64,000 nucleotides of DNA from the human T2T-CHM13v2.0 reference genome, Homo sapiens: NCBI RefSeq assembly GCF_009914755.1, contig NC_060930.1. One strand, 5' to 3'. The notes below the pieces were generated by a model. The model was not told the origin of the DNA and searched no databases. It saw only the letters and a program-made list of their open reading frames with translations. Shown piece after piece: positions 22,429 through 39,961 of the stretch. Every line of letters starts with the position of its first letter. The stretch's first letter is position 1. Made by a program: the position numbers and the translations under genes.

Positions 22429-23935
22429 GAAGGGTGCGTTTATTAGATGCCAAAACCTAAAACTGGAAATTATTCAAATCGATAAGCACCCATTTTAGCC
22501 CACCTTCTCAGAATACAGGAATGTACTGGTAGCAAAAGTAGGAAATGCTAGAAATACACTCTGGTTCCAAAATGGCAGAAGCAAGCTGGCTTCACTGCTT
22601 CCTACTGAAAACCAAAACTAAATACACAGCACCAAAATTATCACCAAACGTAAGGAATTCTAAAATTAAAATTCCTCATAACAGATGGAAATGAAACTGC
22701 TGTGCTATCTGAACTGTTGATGATACACGAAATTCAGCTGTGGGAATCTTTGAAGATCTACCAATACAAGAATTAGTGGCAATATAAACCAGCTAATAAA
22801 TGTCTCTTTCTGATAAACTAATTTGTATCAAATCTCAGTCACCTGCAACCTAAGGAGTCCCCACTAATTTAGTCATTGTAGGCCTAAAGAAACCACATTA
22901 TAATTATCGATTTTATGATGCTTATTTAATGGACTGTAAGCTCCCTGATAGCAGGCATCATATCTTATTTAATATTGTATCTCAGAGCCTTGCAGAGTAT
23001 GAACCCTGGTCTCTGCTAAGTAACAGTTTCTTGAATGAAGCACAGCTAAAGAAATACAACCAGGCTGGGCACGGTGGCTCAAGCCTGTAATTTCAGGCCA
23101 AGGTAGAATCATTTTAGTCTAGGAGTTTAAGGTTGCAGTGAGCTATGGTCACGCCCCTGGGTGACAGAGCTGAGACCCTGTTGAAAGAAAGAAAAAAAAA
23201 GAAAGAAAGAGACAATCAGAATGTAATGAGTTTGTAAATACCGCAGGAGGTAGAAAATTTACCTGAAGCCTGAGAAATCAAAGTCAGCAAATATAGAACA
23301 AAGAAAACAACACAGCAAGCCCTGATAAAGATTCTACCTAAATGTAAAGTGACCAATCCTCCTGGTCTCAATTTATGCGTTAGAATCGGAATTGAGCTGC
23401 CTGCAAAATTGAACACCCAAAGATAACATCTGAGTGGCTCACATAAATTGTTAAAATCAGTAATCTATATCAGAGACTAAAATGATGGAGTTTCTCTCCA
23501 CCACATTTGTTCTAAATACTGAATAACATAATAATGTCCACAAGCCACAAATACACTCCTCAAAATGGTAATTTGGATTCTTGAAATAATCCAACACTTT
23601 TTGTTGTACTAAGTTTGGAAAATCTACTTTAAATTGCTTAAGAATCAGGACAGGCACAGATTATTCATTTCCACTAAAATCCGCCAGAGCAGCTTTTAGT
23701 TGCTTGCACATTAGGACTATCATTCCTTTCTGAAAGCCCTCAGGGTACTTTATGTTTCCATGACTTCATAGATACTGCTTTCTCTGCATGCAATAATAAT
23801 TTCATCCCTTCTTCTAGCTAAGTCCTACTAATTCAGATTTCAAATAATGTATCACTTTGCCCTCAATCTAGGTGAGAGATGCTTTTTCATAGCACCATTT
23901 GCACTCCTTTATTATATTTGAATAATATCTAGTAA

Positions 23936-24248
<313 letters not shown>

Positions 24249-24578
24249 TGAAACCACTTTTGCAAAGATTATAACAGTGGGAAAAGTATGACCATAAAAG
24301 AGATCTGACCTGACTCCATCTTGGCCTTTGCCTCCAAGCTGCCCTTATTATTCCTGGGTGTAGGTGGAACTAACTTTGGGAGGAATTTAATTTTTAACTA
24401 TCATTTAAAAGCCGTAGCTTCTGAATTTTCAGGGGGCCTGATTTGAGTAACAGTAAAACTCCAATCTCCCATTTAGCTGGCTTTATGTGTATTAAACTCT
24501 TTCTCCATTGCCATTCCCCGTCTTGATAAATCAGCTCCACCTGGGCAGCTGGCAGGACGAACCTTTTGGGCAATTACA
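24249..24578 (+). mobile_element. Internally deleted LTR8-like solo LTR
   Basis: TGAAACC...GAGATCTGACC start and GGGCAATTACA end, both shared with the 50840 LTR. Confidence 0.7.
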
Positions 24579-25351
24579 TTTAGAAGTTTGGTAACCATGA
24601 GGATGTGTCTCCATTTTGTTTATCTATTTGTTTTTTCTAAATTCTGGGGTGACCTAAAAGGTATCTCAGTTTTGTTTTTGTTTGTTTGTTTGTTTGTCTG
24701 AGACAGAGTCTCACTGTGTCACACAGGCTGGAATGTCGTGGGGGAATCTCGGCTCACCGCAGCCACCACCTCCCCTGTTCAAGAGGTTCTTGTGCCTCAG
24801 CCTCCTGAGTAGCTGGACTACAGGCGTGTGCCACCACATCCAGCTAATTTCTGTATTTTTAGTAGAGACTGGGTTTCGCCATGTTGGCCAGACTGGTCTT
24901 GAACTCCTGGCGTCAAGCGATCTGCCTACCTCATCCTCTCAAAGTGCTAGGATTACAGGCATGAGCCACAGAGCCCAGCCAAGGTATCGGTTTTGATGGA
25001 TTGAAAGTACTTGTTTTTCATGGAACATGGCTTTCTTTATAAATATTTACAAATATTTCTATTGAAGTTTTATTTCCTTTTCCACTGAAGTTATTCTCAA
25101 CTTCAGACACACGTTACCTGATTTTGCTTAGTTATCCATTATCTTTCAATAAAATTTATAACTTTTTATATGTTTGTCTTTTTTCTTTGAATTATTTGAA
25201 ATTTTCACTAACCTTTTCTTGCCACTCGGTTTTTTGGGGAAGGACCACAAACTCCTTTACTTGCTGTTTCTAATTTGTTAATTCTGCTACTGTTATAGCA
25301 CACTCTTTTCTTTGCTCTTCAATCTCTGCTTTCACTCAATTCTGTTATCTT

Positions 25352-25915
25352 CTATAGGGGGAAATAAAACTTTTTCCTTGACTTTCTTAGGTTTAGTGAG
25401 TGGAGTCTTGGAAATTAAACTGACAAAAAACAATAATAGGAGAAAAGGCATACAAACTTTGTTTGATGCTATTATTTTAATTTTAATGTGTACACAGGGA
25501 TCTCACAGAAAAGAAAGTAAAAACCCAAAGAAGTGTTTAGGCTTGAGAACTTATGCACTATTTAACAAAGGGTGATAAATTCTGGAGAACTGACAAGACA
25601 AATGAAAAGCATTTAGGCTTTTAGGTAAGGTAAGGTAAATATACAGATGGGGGGAAGATGTTAATGGAAATAAGGTTTGTTTAAGCAGATTGTAGATGAT
25701 GCATTTCCAATGATAACAGTTGTCTCCTCTTCCCAGTATGTGAGAGGGGAGAGGGAAGACCTTCACAAAAGTAAATTTATGCTCTGCTCTTAGACAGAAA
25801 GGGGGAAGGTAGAGAGCATTTCTGGCATCTGGTGTTTCACTCAGTTGCCTTCAGCTAAAAATAATTCTTATGCTATAGTAGCATATTTTGAGATGCCATA
25901 TTTTGATCCCCTTCA
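25352..25915 (-). mobile_element. Old ERV1 LTR (MER31/MER34-like)
   Basis: Ends GATCCCCTTCA; resemblance recalled, not aligned. Confidence 0.4.
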
Positions 25916-27023
25916 CTTGTCTTTTTTTTTTTTCTTTTCTTAAGACAAGGTCTCCCTGTCACCCAGGCTGGAGTGCAATGGTGTGATGATAGCTCACTGG
26001 AGCCTCGAACTCCTGGACTCAAGCCATCCTCTCACCTCAGCTTCCCCAGTAGCTGAAACTATAGGTGCATGACACCACACCTGGGTAATTTTTAAAATTT
26101 TTTGTAGAGACGGGGTCTCAGTAGGATGCCCATGCTGATCCCAAACTCCTGTCCTCAAGTGATCCTTCCTCCTCAGCCTCCCAAAGTGTTGGGATTACAG
26201 GCGTGAGCCACAGCACAAAGCCCCCTTCATTTGTCTTTGAACTCATTTTCTTTGCATCCAGAGCATAAGCATATGACAAAGAATTCACCAACCAAGTTCA
26301 TCCACATCAGGTTTTGATTCAGAAATTGTGGACATAGGCCGGACGCAGTGGCTCATGCCTGTAATCCCAGCCACCAAGGCAGGTGGATCACCTGAGGTTT
26401 GGAATTTGAGACCAGCCTGGCCAACATAGTGAAACCCCATCTCTACTAAAAATACAAAATTAGCTGGGTGTAGTGGCTCACGCCTGTAGTCCCAGCTACT
26501 CGGGAGGCTGAGACAGGAGAATCTCTCTTGAACCCGCGAGGTGGAGGTTGCAGTGAGCTGAGACTGCGCCTCCAGCCTGGGGCAACAGAGTGAGACTCCA
26601 TCTAAAAAAAAAAAAAAAGAAAAGAAAGAAGGAAGGAAACGAAAGAAGGGAGGAAAGGAAAGAAAGGAAGGAAGAAAGAAAAGAAATGAAATTGTGGACA
26701 TAAAGAAGCAGACAGTACAAGGCATCCATTCTGGTGGTGGTAGTAGCCAATATGTTCATTTTCCTGTAAAAGCCATGAACTATTGCCTTGTAGTGGCAAC
26801 AGTGTGAGCAGTTCTGTAGTGTGATTTTGGGTGTTGTTTCTAGCTGTATAGTCTACAAGCCTGGTGTTCTGGCTTACTCAGGTGTTCTATGAACTACTTT
26901 ATAATCTTTAGTGAATGCCTTATGTACTTCTAGTAGAGCTGGTTTAGCCATTTCAAAGTGACTGTCATACCGGAAGAACTCTAACTTGCCAGTTTTAAAT
27001 TGTTCTTCTAGCTTAGGTGAAAT

Positions 27024-28055
<1,032 letters not shown>

Positions 28056-28179
28056 TGAGGTTGTCAGAAATAATTAGCCTTAGGACCATATCCTTCCACT
28101 AACCCTATCTTTTCCGATCACCAGCCTCACCTTCCTTCTGGAGAGAGAAAGGTGTAGTGGATTTAGTGTTCTTACGGTC

Positions 28180-28709
28180 TGTGATGGCAAATTATGTGTG
28201 TTAACTTGATTGGGGTAAGGAACACCCAAAAAAGCTGATAAAATGTCATTTCTGGATGTCTGTGAGAGTGTTTTTGAAAGAGATTAGCATTTCAATCAGC
28301 AGACTGAGTAAAGCAGATCCACCCTCACCAGTGTGCCTGGACATCATTCAATCCATTAAAGGCCTGAAAAGAACAAAAAGTGAAGGAAGGGATAATGCTC
28401 TGTCTTCTTGAGTTGGGACATGCATGTTCTCCTGTCATTGGAGCTCCTGGCTTTGGGATCTTCAGACTGTAGGATTACACTAGAGCCTCCCTTCTTGTCC
28501 TAGGACATTGGACTCAGACTGAATTACACCACTGGTTTTACAGGCTCTCCAGCTTGCAGACAGCAGATCATGGGACTTCTTGACCTTTGTAACCTCACAA
28601 GCTAATTTTCAGAATAAATCTACTCTCATATATCTAGTATCTATCTATCTATCTACCTGTCTATCTATTTGCTATTCGTCTGGTTTCTCGGAGAATCCTG
28701 ACTAATACT
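28180..28709 (+). mobile_element. MLT2 (ERVL) solo LTR
   Basis: TGTGATGG...TTAACTTGATTGG start, (CTAT)n, GAGAATCCTGACTAATAC end. Confidence 0.8.
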
Positions 28710-29099
28710 TGGCTTTCTATATGACGCTAATTACTCCACAGTGATGAGAGGGAGCTTTAGTGTGACTTTCTGGGCATCTTTGTGGCAACTGACCCCTATT
28801 TCCACATTATTTTATTTTTTTCTTTGTGTCTTGCCAAGCCTTGATTATTTCTTGGAGATCACTCATTCTGGGTAGACTCCAAAATCACTCCCAGAGACTC
28901 TCCTAACTGTATCCTACAGAGAGGAGATGCCAAAATAGTGAAGTTTGACAGCTCTATCTTGTGACAAGTACCCCTTTTTAGTGTAGCAGGAGAGGGGTTT
29001 CTAGTATAGAGAGATACTGTGCAACTTTTTCCTGGTCTGCATTCCTCCACTCCTCCCCCTACCCCCTCACCCCCTGCCCTACACAGTGTACATACCACC

Positions 29100-29809
29100 T
29101 GTGAACCTGAAATATCTGAGACAGGTCTCAATCAACTTAGAAAGCTTATTTTGCCAAGGTTCAGAAAATGCCTGTGACACAGCCTCAGAAGGTCCTGATG
29201 ACATGTGCCCAAAGTGGTCAGGGTACAGCTTGCTTTTATACATTTTAGGTAGACATGAGACATTAATCAATATGTGTAAGATGTACATTGGTTTGGTCTG
29301 GAAAGGGACAACTTGAAGGAGTTGAGCGGAGGGGGTTTCCAGGTCATAGGTAGATAAGAGACAAACAGTTGCATTCTTTTGAGTCCTTGATCAAGGACTC
29401 AATTCACTGAATACACAATTTACCTGGGGGCAGCAAATTGTCATTTATGCCTTAGTCTCACTCAGGGAAACTGCATTTTTACATAAACAATAGGGCAGAG
29501 GAAGCAATCAGATATGCATTTGTCCCAGGTGAGCAGAGGGATGACTTTCTGTCTCACATCTGTGAAGATAAGCTATCAATTTACATTGCCAGGATAAAAT
29601 TCAACAGAACTGTTTTAGGGTAAAGATCTTGAGGCCCACAAGGAATTTTTTTGTGGGAAAACTGTGAGGGAGGTATGTAGCTTTTTCATCTTTGTAGTTA
29701 TCTTATTTGGGATTAAAATAGGAGGCAGGTTTGCCTGACGCATTTCCCAGCTTGACTTTTCCCTTTGTCTTAGTGGTTCTGGGGTCCTGAGATTTATTTT
29801 CATTCCAAG
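29100..29809 (-). mobile_element. MER4A-like solo LTR
   Basis: Homologous in reverse to 52230-53226; CACC 4-bp TSD. Confidence 0.8.
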
Positions 29810-29824
29810 CACCAAAGTGGAGAA

Positions 29825-33053
<3,229 letters not shown>

Positions 33054-33430
33054 ATTCAACTTGAAGCCAGAGGCCCGGGGTGTCTATTGGTGTAGATCGT
33101 AACAGGTCAGTTTTCTATGGCACAGTGGGTAGAGAACTGAAGACAGTCACTTTTTTAACATCAACAATTCAAAACATTCAGCTTTCCATCCACCTTTTTC
33201 TCCGATCATAATTTTGTGCTTATAAATCCTATATTATGTCACTGACTGGCCTCCTGATAAGAGTTGTTTAATATCCAGTGACATACTGTGAGTCCTATAA
33301 GTTTTCATCCCTTAAGAACAATAATTCCCCAAATGCTGGTTCTTCATATCTAGATCTGGTTTTGGAACATAAAATCATTAGTATTGTTATGAGGTTTATA
33401 GAACTCACTGAGAACAGTGCCTGACCCTTG

Positions 33431-33797
33431 TGTCTTAGTACTTTAGGGCTATATTAACAAAATACCTTTGACTGGATAATTTGTAAAGAATATAATTTTT
33501 TTTTATAGTTCTGGAGACAGGGAAGTCCAAGATCAAGGCTCCAGTAGATACGGTATCTGGTGAGGGATGCTCTCTCTGCTTCAAAGGTGATGCCTTTTGC
33601 TGCATCCTCACAGGGCAGAAGATATGAGAGGGCCAGGCAGCCCTCTGAAGCCTCTTTTACGTAGGCAGTAATCCCATTCAGGAGGCCAGAACCCTCAGGA
33701 CTTAATTACTTTCCAAAAGGCCCCACCTCCTAATATCACAATGGAGGTTAAGTTTCAATATAATTTTGGAGAAACACAAACACTCAAACCGTAGCAC
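33431..33797 (-). mobile_element. MaLR LTR (MST/MLT1A-like)
   Basis: TGTCTTAGT...GGAAGTCCAAGATCAAGG...AAACCGTAGCA. Confidence 0.7.
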
Positions 33798-34539
33798 TAT
33801 GGTAAGCTCTACTGTTATGAGCTACTGTTATTTAGATGGAGCAATCTCTAGAGGTTCAGGCAGAGCTTTGTTGCTCCCTCTGGGACTGTGTAGTGAGAAT
33901 GTAGGAGCTTCTCTGGTGAGGTGGTCATCTACCAAGGAGCCTGTGTTGCTTCTCCCTGCTCCTCACCTTAAGGTGTTATTTTAAACACATGAAATGATCT
34001 CAAAACAGCTATGTAATAGACATCAAGATATGGAAGCATCCCCTTTTTTTTAAAAGTATGGAGAAACTTAGTCGCTGGTCCGTTACTCTCAGTCCTATTT
34101 GTTAAGTGTTCCGTGGTCAGGAATAGGCACGCTATTCCTTTTACACAATTCTTCTGGTTGACAGAAATTATTCTATAAAAGCCAACAGACTTCATATCTT
34201 GTGTGTATGTGTACTTTGGCAGCTGCCTTTTCCCCCAGACCAAAATCGAACAATCAAGCAACAAAGTTGGCCTTAAAATTGAGGCCCCAGAGATGAGGTT
34301 ACTGAGCGGGTATATGTCACAGAGCCAAACTTTCTGCAATGAATTGGAAAAGAACATCAAGACAGAGGGAGGAGCGCTGGGGGTGAACACCGCCTTGACC
34401 TTTGTAACCTGCTGCACAAATAAGGAGTGGTTGCTGTGCCAGTTTTCCCTGAAGAGGTGCCTGACCAGCTGGCTCTGTGAATTCGAATACAGTTTTCAGG
34501 CAGGCTCTGGGAGAGTTTTGGGGAATCCCGAAAGACAGC

Positions 34540-35068
34540 CCAGAGATGCTGGACTGCGAATGCAGGCGCGCTGCAGGCGAGGCTGGGAGGGCCGCCAGGA
34601 GCGCTGCGGGTATCGGGAGACACGCAGAGGGAGGGGCAGGCGGCGGGCTCCGCTTCTTCGCGTCCTGGCTCTGAAAGCAACCACAGGCCAGCGGGGCGGT
34701 GCTAGGTGAAGCTACGAAGAAGCCAAATAGCTCGCGTCTTCTACAAAAACCGTGTTCTTGCTAGAACGTTGGCAAGGAGAAGCCGGAGTCTCTCCTTTTT
34801 CTCCTCGGCTTTTCTCGGGCTTTCTGAAAAGAGCACCTGCATATTCCCAGGAAATTTTGGCTCCTGATGGCATGGGGGAGGATCACATTCATCTTCCAGG
34901 AGAGATGGAGATATCTTGATCAAATTGTGTTTTATGCAAGAGGCGAGGGGCTGCGAAGGGAGGATCTCGGGCAGCTCAGCGCGCTGCCGCTCCGGCGCGA
35001 GGCCGGGGTCGAGCGCTTCAGTAGCTCATGGCTCTGTAGAGTGCGCATGGCCAAGCAAAGGAAAGCAT
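34540..35068. promoter_or_regulatory. CpG-rich island upstream of tRNA-Ile
   Basis: High GC and CpG density in non-Alu sequence. Confidence 0.65.
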
Positions 35069-35162
35069 GCTCCAGTGGCGCAATCGGTTAGCGCGCGGTA
35101 CTTATACAACAGTATATGTGCGGGTGATGCCGAGGTTGTGAGTTCGAGCCTCACCTGGAGCA
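35069..35162 (+). tRNA. TRI-TAT2-3: tRNA-Ile(TAT) with 20-nt intron (35107-35126)
   Basis: GCTCCAGTGGCGCAATCGGTTAGCGCGCGGTACTTATA-caacagtatatgtgcgggtg-ATGCCGAGGTTGTGAGTTCGAGCCTCACCTGGAGCA; TTTT at 35165-35168. Confidence 0.98.
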
Positions 35163-35952
35163 TGTTTTCTTCCAATTGCGATTTCAGACATTTCACGATA
35201 ATGCATTTTTCCCTTATCTTTAAAGTAAAAAGCTAAAATGGATAAATTTTCCATGGTGAGCCCATAAAAATTCCTTTGATCAAGGAGGGATATTTGGCAG
35301 ATTTCAGAGAAGGGAAGAAATCCAGCAAGACCCAAATTGAACTCATCCAGCAAACTCATTTCTCCTCAGTCAGAAGGCCTCACAGCCAGGCTGTACAGCT
35401 TCAATGAAGCTTCCTCCCTCCCTTGCTCCTCCACTTAAAAACTATTCTTCAGCTCTTTGGGGACTGAGCAAGGAGGTGGAAAAACTGGGTTTTATTCTCT
35501 GTGATTTGTGTAGCTGTCACCGGGGTTCATCAATGTGCAGAAAGTGCTCCCAGGTACCTTAGCTTTGATATCTACAAGGTTGGCAGTGAAGTTGTTGAAC
35601 TCCACCTGTGAAACCTAAATGTGTTCTGTGTAGAGCTCCACTGTCTACTTTACAAAAACCTGACTAGAAAACAAGAAATGCTAATTTTCCCCCAGCAGTG
35701 AAACATCAGACATAAGTGGCTGGGTATGTATTTCTTCCTAATTTCATCAAAAAGTAAACAAACTGCCTTGTTTGGAAAAACACATTCATCTTGATGCTGG
35801 TGTCTGAAATACATGATTCCAGGTGGCTGTGCTTTTATCCAGTCTTTCCTGGATTTCATTTGGTCTTGTAGAATCTTCCTCCTGTTCCTTAAATATGGAT
35901 ATTCCCCCAGTTCTGTCCTCAGCTTTCCACACATGTAGTGATATACGCATTC

Positions 35953-36222
35953 TGTGTTAGTCATGATTCTCCAGAGAAACAGAACCACTAGGATATATAA
36001 AGGTAAATAAGAGGAATTATGAGAATTGGTTCACAGGATTGTGGAGGCGAGAAATCTCACAATATGCTGCCTGCAAGCTAGAGAATCAGGAAAAACAGTG
36101 GTGTGATTTAGGTCTGCATCCCAAAGCCTGAGGAAGCAGTGGGCCAGGGAGAAGGGAGACTCCTCTGGAGTCCCAGATTTTGAAGGCCTGAGAACCTGGA
36201 GGGAGCTCTGATGTGGGAAAGC
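35953..36222 (-). mobile_element. MLT2 LTR, 3' part
   Basis: TGTGTTAGTCATGATTCTCCAGAGAAACAGAACC is the reverse complement of an MLT2 end. Confidence 0.75.
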
Positions 36223-36225
36223 AAA

Positions 36226-37681
36226 AATATCACCCCTGCATCTTTTAAGTCCTTGATGGTGGCACTAATCTCTACAATCCCTTCAGAAATGTAGTATTGC
36301 TTTTGATTTACTATTTTCCTAGGTAGAGGTAGTTCTAATGCCTTCCAGTTGTTCTTTCCCACTTTAATAGCCCTCATTCCATAGGTCAGGGAACTAATGT
36401 GAGGATTCTGCCAGATGCCAACTATGTCCATTCCAATTATGCTTTCTGAAACTGGGGAAATAACCACAGGATGGGTTCAGGGACTTACTGGACCCACTGT
36501 GAGTCAGACCTGAGCTAAAACTTCACTGGTCACCTGACTTCTATAAGCCCCTACTCTGACTGGAGTACCACAGTGATCTGGGGTCTCCTGGAATCAATGT
36601 CAGCTCAGAACTATAGTCCCTAATGAGTCTGATTATTTCCTTGCTCCCAGTGCTCAGTTACTCTGTTAAAAGATGGTAGATCCCTTTGAGGAAGGCTGGG
36701 AAAAAGATTAATAGTATAAATTTTTGGTAGCGTACCAGGTCCTTCCTCAAGAAGACCCGACTGCCACTCCATTCAAAGGGTTCTGAGTCTATAAACTGGC
36801 TCAAGTCTGGTGTAGCAAGCTGAAAGAGTGAGGGTCGTGATCAACTCAGTATACCACTGGAGGCTATATGAGCAAACAGCAAACTGTTCTCATAAATGCA
36901 GAATGTTGGCAAGCTGACAGCTGTGTCTGCCACCCAGAGGAATGCTGAGGGCAGTCACACCCCAAGCACAGTGTTTCTTGTGATAAGGCACATCTGAAGC
37001 CTGTTAGCAATAATGTGAACCTGTGACTCATCAAGCAGCTGACCAGTCGTTACCTCCTCCTCCCTGCTCTTTCTACCCAATAAATACGAAGGGCTGTAGA
37101 AGCTCAGGGCTGCCTTTGCTCACTAGAAGCAAGGAGCTCTCTTCTTCTTCCCTGGATCCCTTCTTTACAACAGTTTCTTTTGTTTTAAGTTTTCATTTCT
37201 GTGTTCATCCTCCTTAGTTCAGTCCCGTAGTAACCGTGCAAACTGTGGCAGTCTGGGAACTGAGAAGCCATGACTCTCTGTTTTTATCAAGTTAGACTTT
37301 TTTTCACTTGATCTGGTAGTTTTCTGTTTATACAGATCAAGTAGTTGATTGTCTTACTTGATAATTTGCCCTAGTAACAACTTAATAACTGATGTGTCTC
37401 ATTCCTAAATTGCATAAATATTGTGAAATTGCTCTGACAAATTAGAAGTGCACCATTGGCATATTTATCTTCCCTTTTATGCATGATGGTAAAATAAAAA
37501 CATCATTCTGCTAGGAAAAAAAAAAAGAATTTAGTGTCCTTCCTATCTATTTCACTTCTGAGAACACCATGATCAACTAGCCAAAGCCATAGGTCTATGA
37601 GAGTCAGACTATTCTAATTGCTGCTTTGACTCCTCAGTTCATCAGGGTCACTACACTCACCTTTCCTTTGATGACTGAGTG
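36226..37681 (-). mobile_element. ERVL internal fragment 1 (end of gag, protease, start of pol)
   Basis: Translation [22 protein letters not shown]...[15 protein letters not shown]...IKDLKDAGV. Confidence 0.85.
36811..37250 (+). mobile_element. 440-bp solo LTR inserted in ERVL
   Basis: TG...CA ends, AATAAA at 37079-37084, GTCTGG duplicated at 36805-36810 and 37251-37256; family not assigned. Confidence 0.8.
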
Positions 37682-39960
37682 TTTTAGATTTACTATTTTT
37701 CTAGATAGAGGCAGCTCTAATGGCTTCCATTTGGTCTTTCCCACCATAGCAGCCCTCACCCTACCAGTCATGGAGCCAATGTGAGGGTTCTGCCAGCTGC
37801 TAAGTGTGTCTATGCCAATTATGCATTCTGGCACTGGGGAAATGACCATAAGATGAGTCCAGGGACCCACTGTAAGTCGGATCTGAGCTAAAACTCCATT
37901 AATTACCTGGCCTCCGTATGCCCCTACTTTAACTGGAGGACCACAATGACGATTTGGGTCCCCTGGAATCAACATCAGCTCAGAGCCAATGTCCAGTAGC
38001 CCCCAAAATGTCTGATCATTTTCCTTTCCCCAATGCACAGTTGCCCTGGTAAAAGGCGAGGGGTCTTCTTGAGGAAGGATGGGAGAAAGATTCACTGCAT
38101 AATTTGTCAGTAATGTAGTGGGGTCCTTCCTCGAGGGGACCTTCATTCAAAAGGTTCTGGGTCTGTAAACTGGCTCAAGTCTGGAAATTGATTGAGGGGC
38201 CATGATTCTGGTTTTTATAATTCAAATTAATCTTTTGTCCATTCGACTTAGAAGTTTTCTGCTTGTATAAATTAAATAGGAATGCAGTAGGCTTCCTATC
38301 AATTTCACTTCTAGGAACACTGTGATTAATTAGCCAATGCCAGAGCTCTACACAAGTCAGACTATTCTGATTGCTGCTTTGACTCTGCTGTCCATTATGG
38401 TAGCAATGTCCACCTTGCCTTTGATAGTTGAGTGCTGCCACTTGGCCCCTGCCACCTCAGGATCCAATTATTCCCATTGTATTTAAGTTTTGTAGTCGAG
38501 TGACTGTAGTTCCCACTGTTAGATCCGACATACAGAGAAGAGCAATTATAGGGCTCTTCAAAGATGCAGGTGCTACCCTCACAAATCTATTTTGCAAAGC
38601 ATGGTCAAGGGTGGATCTTCTGGACCTTCCCAGCTGGGATGAGTAGGTCTAAAGTGACTAATTCACTCCACCATCCCAATCTCCCTAAGCCTTTGGATCC
38701 CTTTCTCTACATTAAATCAAGAGAGATCAGGCATTTCCAGCTTGCTCACAGTGGACCATCTTTGAACCCATATTTCAGCTAACCAAGCAGATAAACTATT
38801 AGAACCCTTTTTTTTTTTTTTAGCTCCCTGAGCTGCAACATTAAATGTAGAGTCCCTACTTAGTGGACCCAAGTCAATCAATTCCACCTGATCCAACTCT
38901 ATGTTCCTTCCACCATCATCCTATACCTTTAAATATCCATCCCCATGCCTGTTCTCCAGATTTCTGTTTATATAAATTAGATAACTCAAACAGTTCTTTA
39001 CAAGTGTAGTGCACCTCCTCATGGGTCACACTCTCAATCTCACCTCCAGGGGCCTACCAGGACTTTAGTCTAGTTATAGGTCCAGAAGCAAACAGGGGTG
39101 TTGGGGGTTCTCCTGAGGAGAATCAACATTATTTTGCCTGGCAACTGCTTCAGGGGAGGCCACCTATTGCCTCAGGCAGCTCAGGGTTTATTTCCTCAGA
39201 CAAAAGTGGAAAGGCTGATGGCAGCATGGGTCGGGGAGGGGATGTTGCCACTACTGGGGCTGGAGAAGCTGTTCTTTCTGGCAAAATAGGTTCATCAGAG
39301 TTTACAAACTCAGTGCCCCCGGCTTCATCAGAGTTTACAAACTCAGTGCCCCCAGCTTCATCAGGGTCTTCTTACACATCCCCAATTTCAGGGTCCCATT
39401 CTTTTCCAGTCAATGCTGTCACTTTAATAGTAGACACCTGGTGAGGCTACGCATGCATCTTTCATTGCAGGTCAGCCACTTGCATGGTAAGAGCTTGTGT
39501 CTGTTTTTCCACAATGTCAGCTCTTTCTCTACAGGAGATAAGACTCTCACTCAGGGCAATCTTAGCAGATTTGAGGCTCAGTATCTGCTTCTGAAGCCGG
39601 GAGACAGAATCCTTGAGTTCATCATTTTCTTTCATCACTTTGTCCACTGAACTTAGAAGCAACCAACCAGTCTCATTATGTTCCTTGGTTCTCCACATAT
39701 GGTCAAAGGTATTACGTATAAAGTCGCTAAACTTGCTTCTCAGGAGTGGTGAATCAGGAGTGTCAAATGTATTTATTTTGCATAACTGTCTAAACAGTTC
39801 ATGCCAAGGACTACCAGTGTTCGCCATACTATCAGAAGTAGAGTCCTTAGCATTTCTGGGCTGAACCATATTAAGCAGCCAACTCCAGAAACTCCAAAAC
39901 CAATGAAAGAACTCCATCCTTAATATTCTGTTCCTCTAGAACCACTCCTGGTACAAAAAT
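37682..39960 (-). mobile_element. HERV-L internal fragment 2 (PBS, gag, protease)
   Basis: Gag-like peptide (ORF 39462-39917); protease LLDIGSEL...IIGIDTL; degenerate Leu PBS TTGTACCAGGAGTGG at about 39942-39956. Confidence 0.88.
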
Positions 39961-39961
39961 C

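Noticed and set aside
23216-23660. Possible vomeronasal receptor or other old pseudogene
   Set aside because: Only a weak LILK-type resemblance; no sustained alignment by eye.
37634-39917. Domesticated ERVL gag/protease gene
   Set aside because: Broken into several short frames; catalytic DTG is DIG.
39940-39960. Link between the HERV-L Leu PBS and the local Leu-CAA genes
   Set aside because: The PBS resembles a different Leu isoacceptor 3' end and is standard for HERV-L; proximity is coincidental.
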